Assembly (NCBI GenBank): GCA_031414535.1
Contig: JANNVQ010000027.1
Coordinates: 1-63,404 of the forward strand
Reading direction: 5' to 3'
Source: Gemmatimonas sp.
GTDB taxonomy: Bacteria > Gemmatimonadota > Gemmatimonadetes > Gemmatimonadales > Gemmatimonadaceae
Length of the DNA: 63,404 nt
The notes under the pieces are model-generated. The model had not been told where the DNA came from. It did not search any database and saw only the letters and a list, made by a program, of their open reading frames with translations. A program made the position numbers and the translations under genes. Each line of letters opens with the position of its first letter. Within the stretch, counting starts at the first letter, position 1. This document shows positions 48,776-58,441 of the stretch, piece after piece.

Positions 48776-49635
48776 TACCGCTCCTTTCGTCGGGCCACCA
48801 CGAATCGCGGGCGGCCAGTCAGGTCTAGTCGAGGCTCCACATCCGTGAAGCGTCCATCTGCCACTACTGCCGCCACCGCGAGATCAGTGCGGCGGCTATC
48901 CACTTCCATCGCGAGCAGTCCGCCAGTCTGCAGCACCTCGGCGGCCTGCGGCACGAGGGCTCGGATGGTCGCCATTCCGTCATCGTCCGCAAAGAGGGCC
49001 ATATGCGGCTCCCAGTCGCGGACGCTGGCCGGAAGTTGCTCCTTTTCCGAGTGCGAAATATACGGTGGGTTGCTCACTACAGCTTCAACGATTTGACCCG
49101 CCAATGGTGCCAGTAGGTTGCCCTCGAAAAATCGGACGCGGGCACGGCGGTCTTCGGGGATTGCGGCGAGGTTTCGTCGGGCGATGGCCAAGGCCGCAGG
49201 CGACAGATCAATCGCCACCACGTCCTCAAAGGCGCCCTCGGCAGCCAGGGCGAGGGCGATGGCACCTGAACCGGTGCCGACGTCCACCACCGTGCCCTTG
49301 CCGCCGCGCTGGGCGGCGATGACGAGTTCGATCAACAACTCAGTCTCGGGGCGCGGGATGAGGACGTCCGGCGTGACTTCTAGGGTCAGGTGGCGGAACG
49401 GCGCCTTGCCCACGGCGTACTGCAGTGGCATTCCGGCCTGAAGTCGTTGGGCGGCGACATTCAGGCGCTCCACCGTGGGCTCATCGAGTTCCAACTGCTG
49501 GTTGGCCGATGGCCAAAACCGGGGTTGGTCGAGCACCCAAGCAATCAAGTCGCGGGCTTGTGCCCGTGCGGGAGGGACGCCGGGCGCGACGAGCGCGAAC
49601 GAGAGCGAATCGAGGAGGTCACCGACGGTGGGCAC
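48775..49635 (-). CDS. prmC: Release factor glutamine methyltransferase
   Basis: P.QY..G, VLIPRPETE, DVGTGSGAIA, SNPPY, D..G..R; start estimated at GTG 49635. Confidence 0.93.
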   Translation of the reverse strand: MPTVGDLLDSLSFALVAPGVPPARAQARDLIAWVLDQPRFWPSANQQLELDEPTVERLNVAAQRLQAGMPLQYAVGKAPFRHLTLEVTPDVLIPRPETELLIELVIAAQRGGKGTVVDVGTGSGAIALALAAEGAFEDVVAIDLSPAALAIARRNLAAIPEDRRARVRFFEGNLLAPLAGQIVEAVVSNPPYISHSEKEQLPASVRDWEPHMALFADDDGMATIRALVPQAAEVLQTGGLLAMEVDSRRTDLAVAAVVADGRFTDVEPRLDLTGRPRFVVARRKER

Positions 49636-49656
49636 AAGGGATAAGTTAGTCGGTCC

Positions 49657-50322
49657 ATGGCTCCCATCATCCCCCGTCCTGACCGCATCAAGCCCTTTCG
49701 CGACGCTGCGGCATTCGAGCGCTGGCTTTTGGCCAATCACGACACCGCCGAGGAGCTGTGGATTCGGATCTACAAAAAGGACTCCGGCGTCGCGACGATC
49801 ACCGCACTCGAAGCGATTGACGTCGTACTCTGCTGGGGCTGGATTGACGGGATTAAGAAGGGCTTCGACGACGTCTCGTTCCTGCAACGCTACACGCCAC
49901 GGCGCGCCAAGAGCGTGTGGAGCCAGGTGAACCGCACGAACGTTGCGCGGCTCGTGCGCGAGGGGCGGATGACGCCACACGGGCTCACGCACGTGGATGC
50001 TGCAAAGCGCGACGGGCGCTGGGAGGCTGCCTACGCGCCCATTCGCGATGCCTCGGTGGAGTCGATTCCGAAGGACCTGCGTGACGCCATTCGCGCCAAC
50101 GCCAAGGCCGAGCGCACGTTCGCGACGCTCAACAAGATGAACCTGTTCGCGCTGGCGTATCGCACCTCTGCGATGCGCACCGCCGAAGGCCGCGCCCGCA
50201 AGATCGCCGTGCTGGTGGCGATGCTCGCGAACGGTGAGACGATCACGCCGCTGCCACAGCCAGTCCCAACGAAGCCCACCAAGACATCGCTCGCGAAAAA
50301 GACCCCGGCGAAAAAGAAGTAG
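49657..50322 (+). CDS. YdeI/OmpD-associated family protein
   Basis: F..WL..NH, LCWGWIDG, TPRR.KS.WS..N, GRM...GL. Confidence 0.9.
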   Translation: MAPIIPRPDRIKPFRDAAAFERWLLANHDTAEELWIRIYKKDSGVATITALEAIDVVLCWGWIDGIKKGFDDVSFLQRYTPRRAKSVWSQVNRTNVARLVREGRMTPHGLTHVDAAKRDGRWEAAYAPIRDASVESIPKDLRDAIRANAKAERTFATLNKMNLFALAYRTSAMRTAEGRARKIAVLVAMLANGETITPLPQPVPTKPTKTSLAKKTPAKKK

Positions 50323-50326
50323 CCGC

Positions 50327-51223
50327 TTACGGCGATGCCTTGAAGAACGCCCAAATCATCTCAGTGGCGTTGGGCGACGCCGGCACAGGGTCTCCACCCC
50401 GGCGGCGCCCCGATTGGCCGCCAGGCCACGCGTGTCCGCCGTCTACCACCGCGTGAAGTTCCACCTCGCGTCCGGCAGGACAGGGCCAACGATAGGTCAC
50501 AACATTGCGCACAGAATCACGGCGCGGCTCGGGCCCGCAGCCATTGGCGCGAGCCCAGTAGAGACCCTGCTCCAACGCTGGCCGTGCGTCACGGCGCCAC
50601 GTGTTGCGTCCGATGCTCCCGGGCTTCCCACCGGCGAACGGCACATTCGCGTCGCGCATGCCATTGAAGATGATTGCCCGGACGGGCGCCAGCGCCGCCG
50701 GCTCGTCACCGAACACGGCGCCAACCACGGGCGCAATTGCGCGCACCTTCCGGCCGAGCCGCCACGCGGCGTGGTGCGTCATCATCGCCCCGTTGGACAT
50801 GCCGGTCACGAATACGCGGGCGGGATCAACGGCCTGAGAGGCCACCAGCGTATCAATGAGTGCTGAGAGGAATGCAACGTCGTCAACATTGCGTTCCATG
50901 GCCCACGCGCAGCAATTCCGCGCGTTCCACGTGAGCAAGCGGCGTGGGCTTCTGCCTGATCCATTGGGGTACGCCACCACAATGCCTTCGCGTTCCACGA
51001 GGGCGCTGAATCCCGTCATCGTCTCCGCGTTCGCCGCGTTGCCACCGCCACCGTGCAAGGCGATGACGAGTGGCCGACGCTGACTGTTGGCCGCTGGAGC
51101 ACGAGGCACACGCACCTCAGCGCTGCGGGTGGACGGTCCGACGCGCAGTTCGTAGCGCACGGAGCGCTGCGCGCCAAGCGGCGTTGACAGCAGGACAATG
51201 GCGGCGATGACAATGCGATGCAT
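50327..51223 (-). CDS. Secreted PHB depolymerase / LpqC-like esterase
   Basis: LHGGGG, WNA..CC, DDV.F, TGMSNG nucleophile, GGHAWPG. Confidence 0.88.
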   Translation of the reverse strand: MHRIVIAAIVLLSTPLGAQRSVRYELRVGPSTRSAEVRVPRAPAANSQRRPLVIALHGGGGNAANAETMTGFSALVEREGIVVAYPNGSGRSPRRLLTWNARNCCAWAMERNVDDVAFLSALIDTLVASQAVDPARVFVTGMSNGAMMTHHAAWRLGRKVRAIAPVVGAVFGDEPAALAPVRAIIFNGMRDANVPFAGGKPGSIGRNTWRRDARPALEQGLYWARANGCGPEPRRDSVRNVVTYRWPCPAGREVELHAVVDGGHAWPGGQSGRRRGGDPVPASPNATEMIWAFFKASP

Positions 51224-51311
51224 AGCGGGCCTCGGGGTGCGGTCGGTTGTTGTATGACGACTGCGCACGTGTCACGTTAGTACCAGACAAGCGCCAGTGG
51301 TGAGGGGAACG

Positions 51312-52118
51312 ATGCGCCCTCGAAACCCCAAGAGACCCAACACGCGGACGCTGCGAGTGCTCTTGCCCGACAATTACGACGCCCCCGCCAACGCGAACCG
51401 TCGCTATCCCGTCTTCTACCTCCTCGACGGCCAGAACATCTTCGACGCGTGCCTCTCCGACGTCAGCAAGCGCGAGTGGCAGGTTGATGAAACGGTCCGC
51501 CGCTTGATTGCAGAGGGCCGCATCCCTCCGATGATTATCGCGGGAATCGACCACGCCGGCGCAGACCGCGCGCGCGAGTACCTGCCCTATCGCGACCCGT
51601 TCGGCGGGCCGCCGGGCGGGCCGATGCCCGAGGGCCAGCAGTTTCCACGCTTCCTCGCTACAGAAGTCATGCCTTTGGTGGACTCGGTCTATCGCACATA
51701 CCGCGGGCCACGGAGCACCGGACTTGGCGGCGCGTCCTACGGCGGCATCATCACGCTGCATACGTTGACGGCGGCACCTGGCCTAGCGGGCTACGCACGC
51801 ATCGAGAGCGCGCCGCTCTGGGTGGGCGCGGGGCAAGTGGTGCGCGACACAGATCCGCTCGCGACACTCGTACAACGGCCCTACATCGCGACCGGTGCGC
51901 GGGAGATTGAGGGCTGGGACGAGTTGCAGCGCACGATGAATCGGCTGCATGGCCGCCTCGAGCGGAATTTCCGCGAGGCGGGCTACGACTCTACACGCGT
52001 GCGAATGTTCATTGATCCCGAAGGGCGGCACACGGAAGATTCCTGGGCAGCACGATTCCCGGCGGCATTGGAGTTCCTGTTTGCCGGTTGGAGCCCGCCG
52101 CCGGAGCGGTCGCGCTGA
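51312..52118 (+). CDS. Alpha/beta hydrolase (IroE/Fes-like esterase), N-terminus short
   Basis: RTLRVLLP..Y, YPV.YL.DGQN.FD, GASYGG, H.E.SW..R. Confidence 0.85.
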   Translation: MRPRNPKRPNTRTLRVLLPDNYDAPANANRRYPVFYLLDGQNIFDACLSDVSKREWQVDETVRRLIAEGRIPPMIIAGIDHAGADRAREYLPYRDPFGGPPGGPMPEGQQFPRFLATEVMPLVDSVYRTYRGPRSTGLGGASYGGIITLHTLTAAPGLAGYARIESAPLWVGAGQVVRDTDPLATLVQRPYIATGAREIEGWDELQRTMNRLHGRLERNFREAGYDSTRVRMFIDPEGRHTEDSWAARFPAALEFLFAGWSPPPERSR

Positions 52119-52183
52119 AGGCATCTAACGCTAATCCGCAAGCCGTAGAGTTTACGCCGAAGTTCTTCTACGTTCCGCTTCCA

Positions 52184-54481
52184 ATGCCCGAGCACACATC
52201 TCCCGCGCTGGTCGCCCGCGTCGCGACCGAACTGTCACTGTCCCCGCTGCAAGTGGATCGCGCGCTGACCCTCTTTGCCGAGGGCGCCACGCTCCCATTC
52301 ATTGCGCGCTATCGCAAAGAAGTCACCGGCGGACTCGACGAAGTTCAGCTGCGCGACGTGCGCGAGCGGGCCGAGTACATCCGCGAAATGGAAGAGCGCC
52401 GCGCGGCGATCCTCAAGAGCGTTGATGAGCAGGGCAAGCTCGATGATGCGCTCAAGGCCAAGCTGCTGAGCGCAGACACCAAGCAGGCGCTCGAAGATCT
52501 CTATCTCCCCTTCAAGCCCAAGAGGCGCACCCGTGCCATGATTGCACGCGAGCGCGGATTGGGGCCGCTCGCCGAGGCGCTCTGGAGCGGCACGCTATCG
52601 GATGCTGACGCCAGCGCGCAAGCGGAGGCTTTCGTGCTCCCCGCTGTTGACGGTAAAGACTCAGAAGTGCCGAGCGCTGAGGCGGCCCTGCAGGGCGCCC
52701 GTGACATCTTGGCCGAACAGGTCGCCGAAGATCCAATGGTCCGCGGCTGGTTGCGCGAAATCACACGGGCCAAGGGCATCGTCAGCAGCAAGGTGGTGGA
52801 GGAGAAGCGCAGTGACGACTCCAAGTACAAGGACTACTACGAGTTCTCCGAGCCGCTCGGCGGCATTCCCTCGCATCGCATGCTGGCCATCCGCCGCGGC
52901 GAAGCTGAAAGTGAGTTGCTGTGGCGCATCGTCGCGCCCGTGGAGGAGATTGACGCACGCCTCGCCCGCGAAGTGATCGGCGAGCGCCGCGCCGCAAGGC
53001 AACTGACGCTCGTCGCGGCAGACGCCTACAAGCGTCTGCTCGCAATTGCCATCGAGGGCGAGCTACGCCTCGAGCTCAAGAACCGCGCCGACGAAGAGGC
53101 CATCACCATCTTCGGCCGCAACCTTGAGCAGCTGCTTCTGGCATCGCCGGCGGGAGAGAAACGGGTCATCGGCCTCGACCCGGGGTTCCGCACGGGCGTG
53201 AAGGTCGCCGTGGTGAGCGCCACCGGCGCGCTTGCGCACACCGACACGCTGTATCTCCATCAGGAAGATCGCTTTGCGGGCGCGATTCGTATGTTGGTGC
53301 AACGTTTCACGCCCGATCTCATCGCAATTGGCAATGGCACGGCGAGCCGCGAGACGGAGACGCTGACGAAGGCCGCCCTGCGCGAACTCGATGCCCCGCG
53401 TCCCACGGTCGTGGTGGTGAACGAGGCTGGCGCATCCGTGTACTCTGCCAGCGACCTCGCACGCAGCGAGTTTCCCGAGCTTGATGTCTCTCTGCGCGGC
53501 GCCGTCTCCATCGCGCGACGTTTGCAGGACCCGCTGGCCGAGTTCGTGAAGATTGACCCCAAGAGCATCGGCGTCGGGCAGTACCAGCACGACGTCAATC
53601 AGACGCGGCTCAAGCAGCGCCTCGACGACATCGTCATGAGCTGTGTGAATCGCGTGGGTGTGGAGGTGAACACCGCCTCGGCCGCGCTCTTGGGCTACGT
53701 GGCGGGCATCGGACCGACGTTGGCGCAGAGCATCGTCGCGCTACGCGATGAACGCGGCGGCCTACGCTCACGCGCAGATCTCAAGGACGTGCCGAGACTC
53801 GGCGCGAAGGCGTTCGAGCAAGCCGCTGGCTTCCTCCGAGTGCGCGGCGGCAAGCATCCGCTGGATGCGAGCGCGGTGCATCCCGAGCGCTATGCACTCG
53901 TCGAGCGCATGGCAAAGGATCAGGGGGTGGATGTGAGCGCGTTCATCGGCGCTGAGGCGCTGGTGGATCGCGTTGATGTGACCGCGTATGTCAGCGATGA
54001 CGTCGGCTTGCCGACGTTGCGCGATATCGTGGCCGAGTTGAAGCGGCCGGGCCGCGATCCGCGTGCGGCCTTCGAGCCGCCGGCGTTCCGCGATGACATC
54101 CAGAAGCCCAGCGACCTCCACGTTGGAATGGTGCTCGAAGGCGTAGTGACGAACATCGTGGCGTTCGGCGCCTTCGTGGACATCGGCGTGCATCAAGATG
54201 GACTCGTGCACATCAGCCAACTCGCCGACCGCTATGTGCGCGACCCGAACGACGTGGTGCAAGTCGGTCAGAAGGTGCAGGTCACCGTGCAGGGTGTGGA
54301 CCTTCCGAGAAACCGCATTGCGCTGACGATGAAGCGCGAGGCCGGCACCGCGAGCACGCAGCCGCAGGGCCAGAACAACGGGGCGCGAAAGCCTGCTTCG
54401 CAGCCAGCAGCTAAGCCGGCTGCGAAGCAGTTCGTGCCAGCAAAGGGATCGGTTGCACCCAACGGAATACGATTCAAGTAG
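52184..54481 (+). CDS. tex: Tex RNA-binding transcriptional accessory protein
   Basis: PFIARYRKE.TG.LDE, DPGFRTG, NEAGASVYSAS, IGVGQYQHD, C-terminal S1 domain. Confidence 0.95.
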   Translation: MPEHTSPALVARVATELSLSPLQVDRALTLFAEGATLPFIARYRKEVTGGLDEVQLRDVRERAEYIREMEERRAAILKSVDEQGKLDDALKAKLLSADTKQALEDLYLPFKPKRRTRAMIARERGLGPLAEALWSGTLSDADASAQAEAFVLPAVDGKDSEVPSAEAALQGARDILAEQVAEDPMVRGWLREITRAKGIVSSKVVEEKRSDDSKYKDYYEFSEPLGGIPSHRMLAIRRGEAESELLWRIVAPVEEIDARLAREVIGERRAARQLTLVAADAYKRLLAIAIEGELRLELKNRADEEAITIFGRNLEQLLLASPAGEKRVIGLDPGFRTGVKVAVVSATGALAHTDTLYLHQEDRFAGAIRMLVQRFTPDLIAIGNGTASRETETLTKAALRELDAPRPTVVVVNEAGASVYSASDLARSEFPELDVSLRGAVSIARRLQDPLAEFVKIDPKSIGVGQYQHDVNQTRLKQRLDDIVMSCVNRVGVEVNTASAALLGYVAGIGPTLAQSIVALRDERGGLRSRADLKDVPRLGAKAFEQAAGFLRVRGGKHPLDASAVHPERYALVERMAKDQGVDVSAFIGAEALVDRVDVTAYVSDDVGLPTLRDIVAELKRPGRDPRAAFEPPAFRDDIQKPSDLHVGMVLEGVVTNIVAFGAFVDIGVHQDGLVHISQLADRYVRDPNDVVQVGQKVQVTVQGVDLPRNRIALTMKREAGTASTQPQGQNNGARKPASQPAAKPAAKQFVPAKGSVAPNGIRFK

Positions 54482-54534
54482 CCGCGGGTGGACGCAAGCA
54501 GCCTCTGGTGCGGGCGCCCGTGGTCACCAATTGC

Positions 54535-54714
54535 CTACTTCTTTACCACACGTTGGAGTTCACCCACCGCCTGCTGCACCTTGCCGGCTGCTTCCTGCAC
54601 GGCCCCCTCAGCCTCGAGGCCAGGGCTGCCCACGGCCTTGCCCACCACCTGCTTGACCTTTCCGGCGACTTCGTTCGCCGTGCCGGAGACCTTGTTCTTA
54701 TTGCTGGACTTCAT
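54535..54714 (-). CDS. CsbD/UPF0337 family stress protein (59 aa, not in ORF track)
   Basis: Hand translation [59 protein letters not shown]. Confidence 0.88.
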   Translation of the reverse strand: MKSSNKNKVSGTANEVAGKVKQVVGKAVGSPGLEAEGAVQEAAGKVQQAVGELQRVVKK

Positions 54715-54828
54715 GTGTACGCTCGCATTGGAGGTGGTGCTTCCACTGGGTGTGAAGAAGCATTGCGCGCGTTACAGCCATCCACCATCACCCAAACGTG
54801 CGATACGCCCGGCGCGGGGCCGAGGCAA

Positions 54829-56346
54829 TCAGCGCAGTCGGCGGATTGCGCGCTGCGGATTCACGATGTCCTCAACCTCGCGCCCAGCGGAGATGAGGTG
54901 GCTCACCTCATTGTTGATGAGGCGCGCGTTCTCGAGGGCCATGGTGAGCTCGCCAGGCGAAACCGCGCCCGCCGTCAGGCGGAGGAGATCGGTGCGCACG
55001 AGTCCAAGCGCATCGGTGGCCGCGGCAAGGCGCGACGCCACTAGTTGGCGCTCATCGGCGTCGGCCTCCCGGTGCGCCAAAGCGGCGGCACGCGCACGCA
55101 AGAGCACCACGGCTCCTTCCAAGCGCCGCAACACGTCGGGGACGTCCGTAAAGCGCTCGCGCATTTCGCTCGGCAACGCATCAAACACTGACGCCGCCGT
55201 GACTTGCACCTCCGGCGCGATCTCCGGCGGCTCCGGAAATGCCGGGACCGCAGCCGAGCGACTTGACCACGGCAGGGCGTCGCGCAGTTCTTGTAGCGCA
55301 GCCGGACTGCTCAGCACGGTGAGTCCCGCGAACAGCGCGGAGAGCAGAGCCCAGGGAGACGCACCGAGGAGGGTCGCGGTCGTGGGCGCCGCAGCGCCGA
55401 AGAAGAACGTTGACAGCGTGAGTGCGGCGAAGAACGCCGAGCTTGGGGTCACGAACGTCGGCGTCTTCACGCGTCGATCGGTGAGCGCGGTAAACTCTAC
55501 CGCGTGCAGCTCACGGGCCACCTCGTGGACATCGACAGGCCGCTGTGCCCTGTCCTTGGCGAGACAGCGCTCGATGACCTCGGCGAATGCGCGCGGTACG
55601 GAAGGATTCCGCGTGCGGACCGGCACAAAGGGCTCGCTGAGATGCATCGCCATCAGGGCCGAGGGACTGGTTGCCGCAAAGGGCGGAATGCCGGTCACGA
55701 GATGATACACGACGGCGCCCAACTGATAGATGTCGCTGCGCGGGTCCAGCGCCTCTGTCCCGACGATCTGCTCTGGACTCATGTACATCGGCGTCCCGGC
55801 TGGCCCCTCGTCTTCGTCCACCACAGCCTCGCTCGAAACCGCGATACCAAAGTCCATCAGGAGCACCTTTCGCAGCGCTCCCTCGAGGATGATGTTGTCG
55901 GGCTTGATATCGCGATGGATGATGCCCGCCCGGTGCGCCGCGCCGAGCGCGTCGCAGAGCTCCAGCATCACGCGGTGGGCTTCCTTCGGCGGGATGCGCG
56001 TGGCGCGGACCAGTCGCGACCGTAGCGTCTCGCCGTCAATGAAGGGCATGACCAAGGCAATCAGGTCTCCAGCGCTACGGATGTCGTAGACGGGCACGAC
56101 GCCCGGATGGCGCAGCTTGGCTAGCGCGATGCCCTCACGACGGAAGCGCGCCAGGAACTCCTCCGATGAAAGCTCCGGCATCAGCACCTTCACCGCCACC
56201 GCGCGGTCGAGGCGTTGGTCGTGCGCTCGGAACACGCGACCGAAGCCTCCCTGCCCCACGGTGCGTTCGAGGACGTACTCCTCGCCGAGGAGTCGTTGTA
56301 GTGCCGGCGCGATTGGGTCGGCGCGGAGGGACTCGGGGAGCATCAT
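54829..56346 (-). CDS. Hanks-type Ser/Thr protein kinase with two TMs
   Basis: GQGGFG, AVK, HRDIKPDN, DFG, GTPMYMSPEQ, DIYQLG; TGATG overlap with upstream gene. Confidence 0.92.
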   Translation of the reverse strand: MMLPESLRADPIAPALQRLLGEEYVLERTVGQGGFGRVFRAHDQRLDRAVAVKVLMPELSSEEFLARFRREGIALAKLRHPGVVPVYDIRSAGDLIALVMPFIDGETLRSRLVRATRIPPKEAHRVMLELCDALGAAHRAGIIHRDIKPDNIILEGALRKVLLMDFGIAVSSEAVVDEDEGPAGTPMYMSPEQIVGTEALDPRSDIYQLGAVVYHLVTGIPPFAATSPSALMAMHLSEPFVPVRTRNPSVPRAFAEVIERCLAKDRAQRPVDVHEVARELHAVEFTALTDRRVKTPTFVTPSSAFFAALTLSTFFFGAAAPTTATLLGASPWALLSALFAGLTVLSSPAALQELRDALPWSSRSAAVPAFPEPPEIAPEVQVTAASVFDALPSEMRERFTDVPDVLRRLEGAVVLLRARAAALAHREADADERQLVASRLAAATDALGLVRTDLLRLTAGAVSPGELTMALENARLINNEVSHLISAGREVEDIVNPQRAIRRLR

Positions 56347-57428
56347 CAGCTGATGACTTGGTAGTTCCGCAGCACACGCAGGGCGGTCTCTTCGGAAATG
56401 GCCCCCTCGTCCAGCAGCGCTTGGAGGCTCGCCGACATCTCCAGCATCCCAAAGGTTGAGCCGGTCTGCAACGCATTGCGAATCTGCAATTCCGACCCTG
56501 ACCGGAGGAGGTAGCGCACCGCCCGCGTCGCCACGAGAATCTCGCACGCCACCCGCTTCCCACCGTCGAGGCTGGGCAGCAGTTCTTGATGGATGACAGC
56601 AAGCAAGGTCTCGCCCAGCATAGTCCGAATGAGCGGCTCACGCCCGGGTGGGCAGAGCGACATGAGCCGATCCACGATGCGCTCGACCGACATGATGTGC
56701 AGCGTGGAGATGACCAGCACACCAGACTCAGCCGCGGTCAGCGCAATCTCGATGGTCTCGTAGTCCCGAATCTCTCCAATCAGGATCACATCGGGATCTT
56801 GCCGCAGCGCCGACCGCAGCCCGTCAGCGAAGGTCAGGACATCGCGCCCCACCTCGCGCTGGCGCACCAGTGAGTTGATGTTCTCGTGCACATACTCCAC
56901 CGGATCCTCGATGGTGATGATGTGGCGCCGCTCGTTGCGATTGATGCGGTCCACGATGCTGGCCATCGTGGTGGTCTTGCCCATGCTGGTGCTGCCCGTG
57001 ACGAGGATGAGCCCCTTCTCGCGCGTCGCAAGGTCCTCCACAATAGCGGGCATGCGCAAAGACTCGAGCGGCAGCGGACCGGCTGGGAGGATGCGGATGA
57101 CCGCCCCCGCGTGATCGCGCGTGTAGGCCACATTCACGCGGTAGCGTTCTCCTGCCGGGTTCACCCGCAGGAGATCCACGTTGCGCCGGGTCGTCAGCTC
57201 CAGCACCTCGTCGTCGCTGAGTAACGCCACGATAAGGCGGTAGATGTCGGCGGCATCCCGCACCCGTGGCTCTAGAGGGGTGAGATCGCCATCAATCCGT
57301 GCAATGATCGGCGATCCGGTCACGAGATGTACGTCGGTCGCCCCGCGCCCGCGCGCCTCACCAAGGATGTGGTAGATGTCGTCGCCGCGCGCGTCATCGG
57401 CGCGGCGGTGGGAAATTGAGAGTCGCAT
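56346..57428 (-). CDS. Divergent PilT/PilU-family ATPase
   Basis: ATDVHL, RYRVN, GSTSMGKTTT, TIEDPVEY, QREVG.D, LRQDPDVILIGEIRD, STLH. Confidence 0.88.
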   Translation of the reverse strand: MRLSISHRRADDARGDDIYHILGEARGRGATDVHLVTGSPIIARIDGDLTPLEPRVRDAADIYRLIVALLSDDEVLELTTRRNVDLLRVNPAGERYRVNVAYTRDHAGAVIRILPAGPLPLESLRMPAIVEDLATREKGLILVTGSTSMGKTTTMASIVDRINRNERRHIITIEDPVEYVHENINSLVRQREVGRDVLTFADGLRSALRQDPDVILIGEIRDYETIEIALTAAESGVLVISTLHIMSVERIVDRLMSLCPPGREPLIRTMLGETLLAVIHQELLPSLDGGKRVACEILVATRAVRYLLRSGSELQIRNALQTGSTFGMLEMSASLQALLDEGAISEETALRVLRNYQVIS

Positions 57429-57540
57429 AGGCGGCAAGGGGTGCGTTAGAAGTTGCCGCCGCGTTGGCAAGAGTGCAATCGGCGCCGGGGATGCCTGAGG
57501 TCAGATCGCCGTCTGCGGCGCTCGCGCTACATTCCTAGCT

Positions 57541-57990
57541 GTGAAACTCTGGCTCGACGCCGATGCCGCCCCGCGCGCGGTGAAGGAGATTTGCTATCGC
57601 GTCTCCGAGCGCCTGAAGCTCGAGACGATCCTCGTCGCGAACATGAGGCTCCAGTTGCCGGTTGGGTATCCCCATCTGTCCGCGGTGCGCGTCGAAGGCG
57701 GACCCGACGTGGCCGATCGCTACATTGCGGAGCACTCGACAGCGGGCGACGTCGCCGTCACGCAGGACATCCCGCTCGCCGCCCTGCTGGTGCCAAAGGG
57801 CGTGCGCGTGATTGACCCGCGCGGCGACGAGTACACGCCGGAGAGCATCGGCGAACGGCTCTCGGTGCGCGATTTCATGGAAGGCCTACGAAACACCGGC
57901 GTGGATACGGGCGGACACGCCGCGTATGGAGAGAAAGAGAAGCAGCGCTTCGCCAACGCGCTCGATCGCATTCTGGCGCGCAAACCCTAG
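57541..57990 (+). CDS. YaiI/YqxD (UPF0178) family protein
   Basis: W.DADA.P, D.AD..I, VT.DIPLA, PRG, F.N.LD. Confidence 0.92.
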   Translation: MKLWLDADAAPRAVKEICYRVSERLKLETILVANMRLQLPVGYPHLSAVRVEGGPDVADRYIAEHSTAGDVAVTQDIPLAALLVPKGVRVIDPRGDEYTPESIGERLSVRDFMEGLRNTGVDTGGHAAYGEKEKQRFANALDRILARKP

Positions 57991-58014
57991 CGCGCGAGCC
58001 GCAGGCCGACTGCG

Positions 58015-58431
58015 CTAGCCCTCGTCCACCAACGTGCCGTAGTCCACGAACAGCTCCTCACCGGCGGCGATGTCCACCATCGCCTCAAACCACGCGCCGT
58101 CGTCAATCGAGCGCACGTTCGGCGTATCCGAGTGATTCAGGAAGCTCACCAAATCCATCTGCTTGAAGCCCTGCCGTGGCACAAAGTACTGCCCCTCGTC
58201 AAACAGGCAGTAGGTCTCCACGAGATGCCGCGCGTAATCGGGCAGTGCGTCAATCTCCGCGCGCGGCACGGCGAGGTAGTCATCGTCGTCGCCCTTGGGC
58301 GGCGAGAAGATGTCGCGGCAACCTTTCGGGATAGGGCGGATGGCGAAGACGCCGATGCCGGCTACGTTCGAAGGACGGACGATGACGTAGGTGTGTTGGC
58401 GGAGTTCGCGAAGCAGGCGGTCGACGGGCAT
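58015..58431 (-). CDS. SET domain protein
   Basis: G.GVFA...I.KG, FLNHSD.PN, DI..GEEL..DY. Confidence 0.9.
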   Translation of the reverse strand: MPVDRLLRELRQHTYVIVRPSNVAGIGVFAIRPIPKGCRDIFSPPKGDDDDYLAVPRAEIDALPDYARHLVETYCLFDEGQYFVPRQGFKQMDLVSFLNHSDTPNVRSIDDGAWFEAMVDIAAGEELFVDYGTLVDEG

Positions 58432-58441
58432 TGCGCGAAAT

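Noticed and set aside
54488..55705. 405-aa + strand ORF
   Set aside because: Antisense to the CsbD and kinase genes; Ser/Arg-rich shadow.
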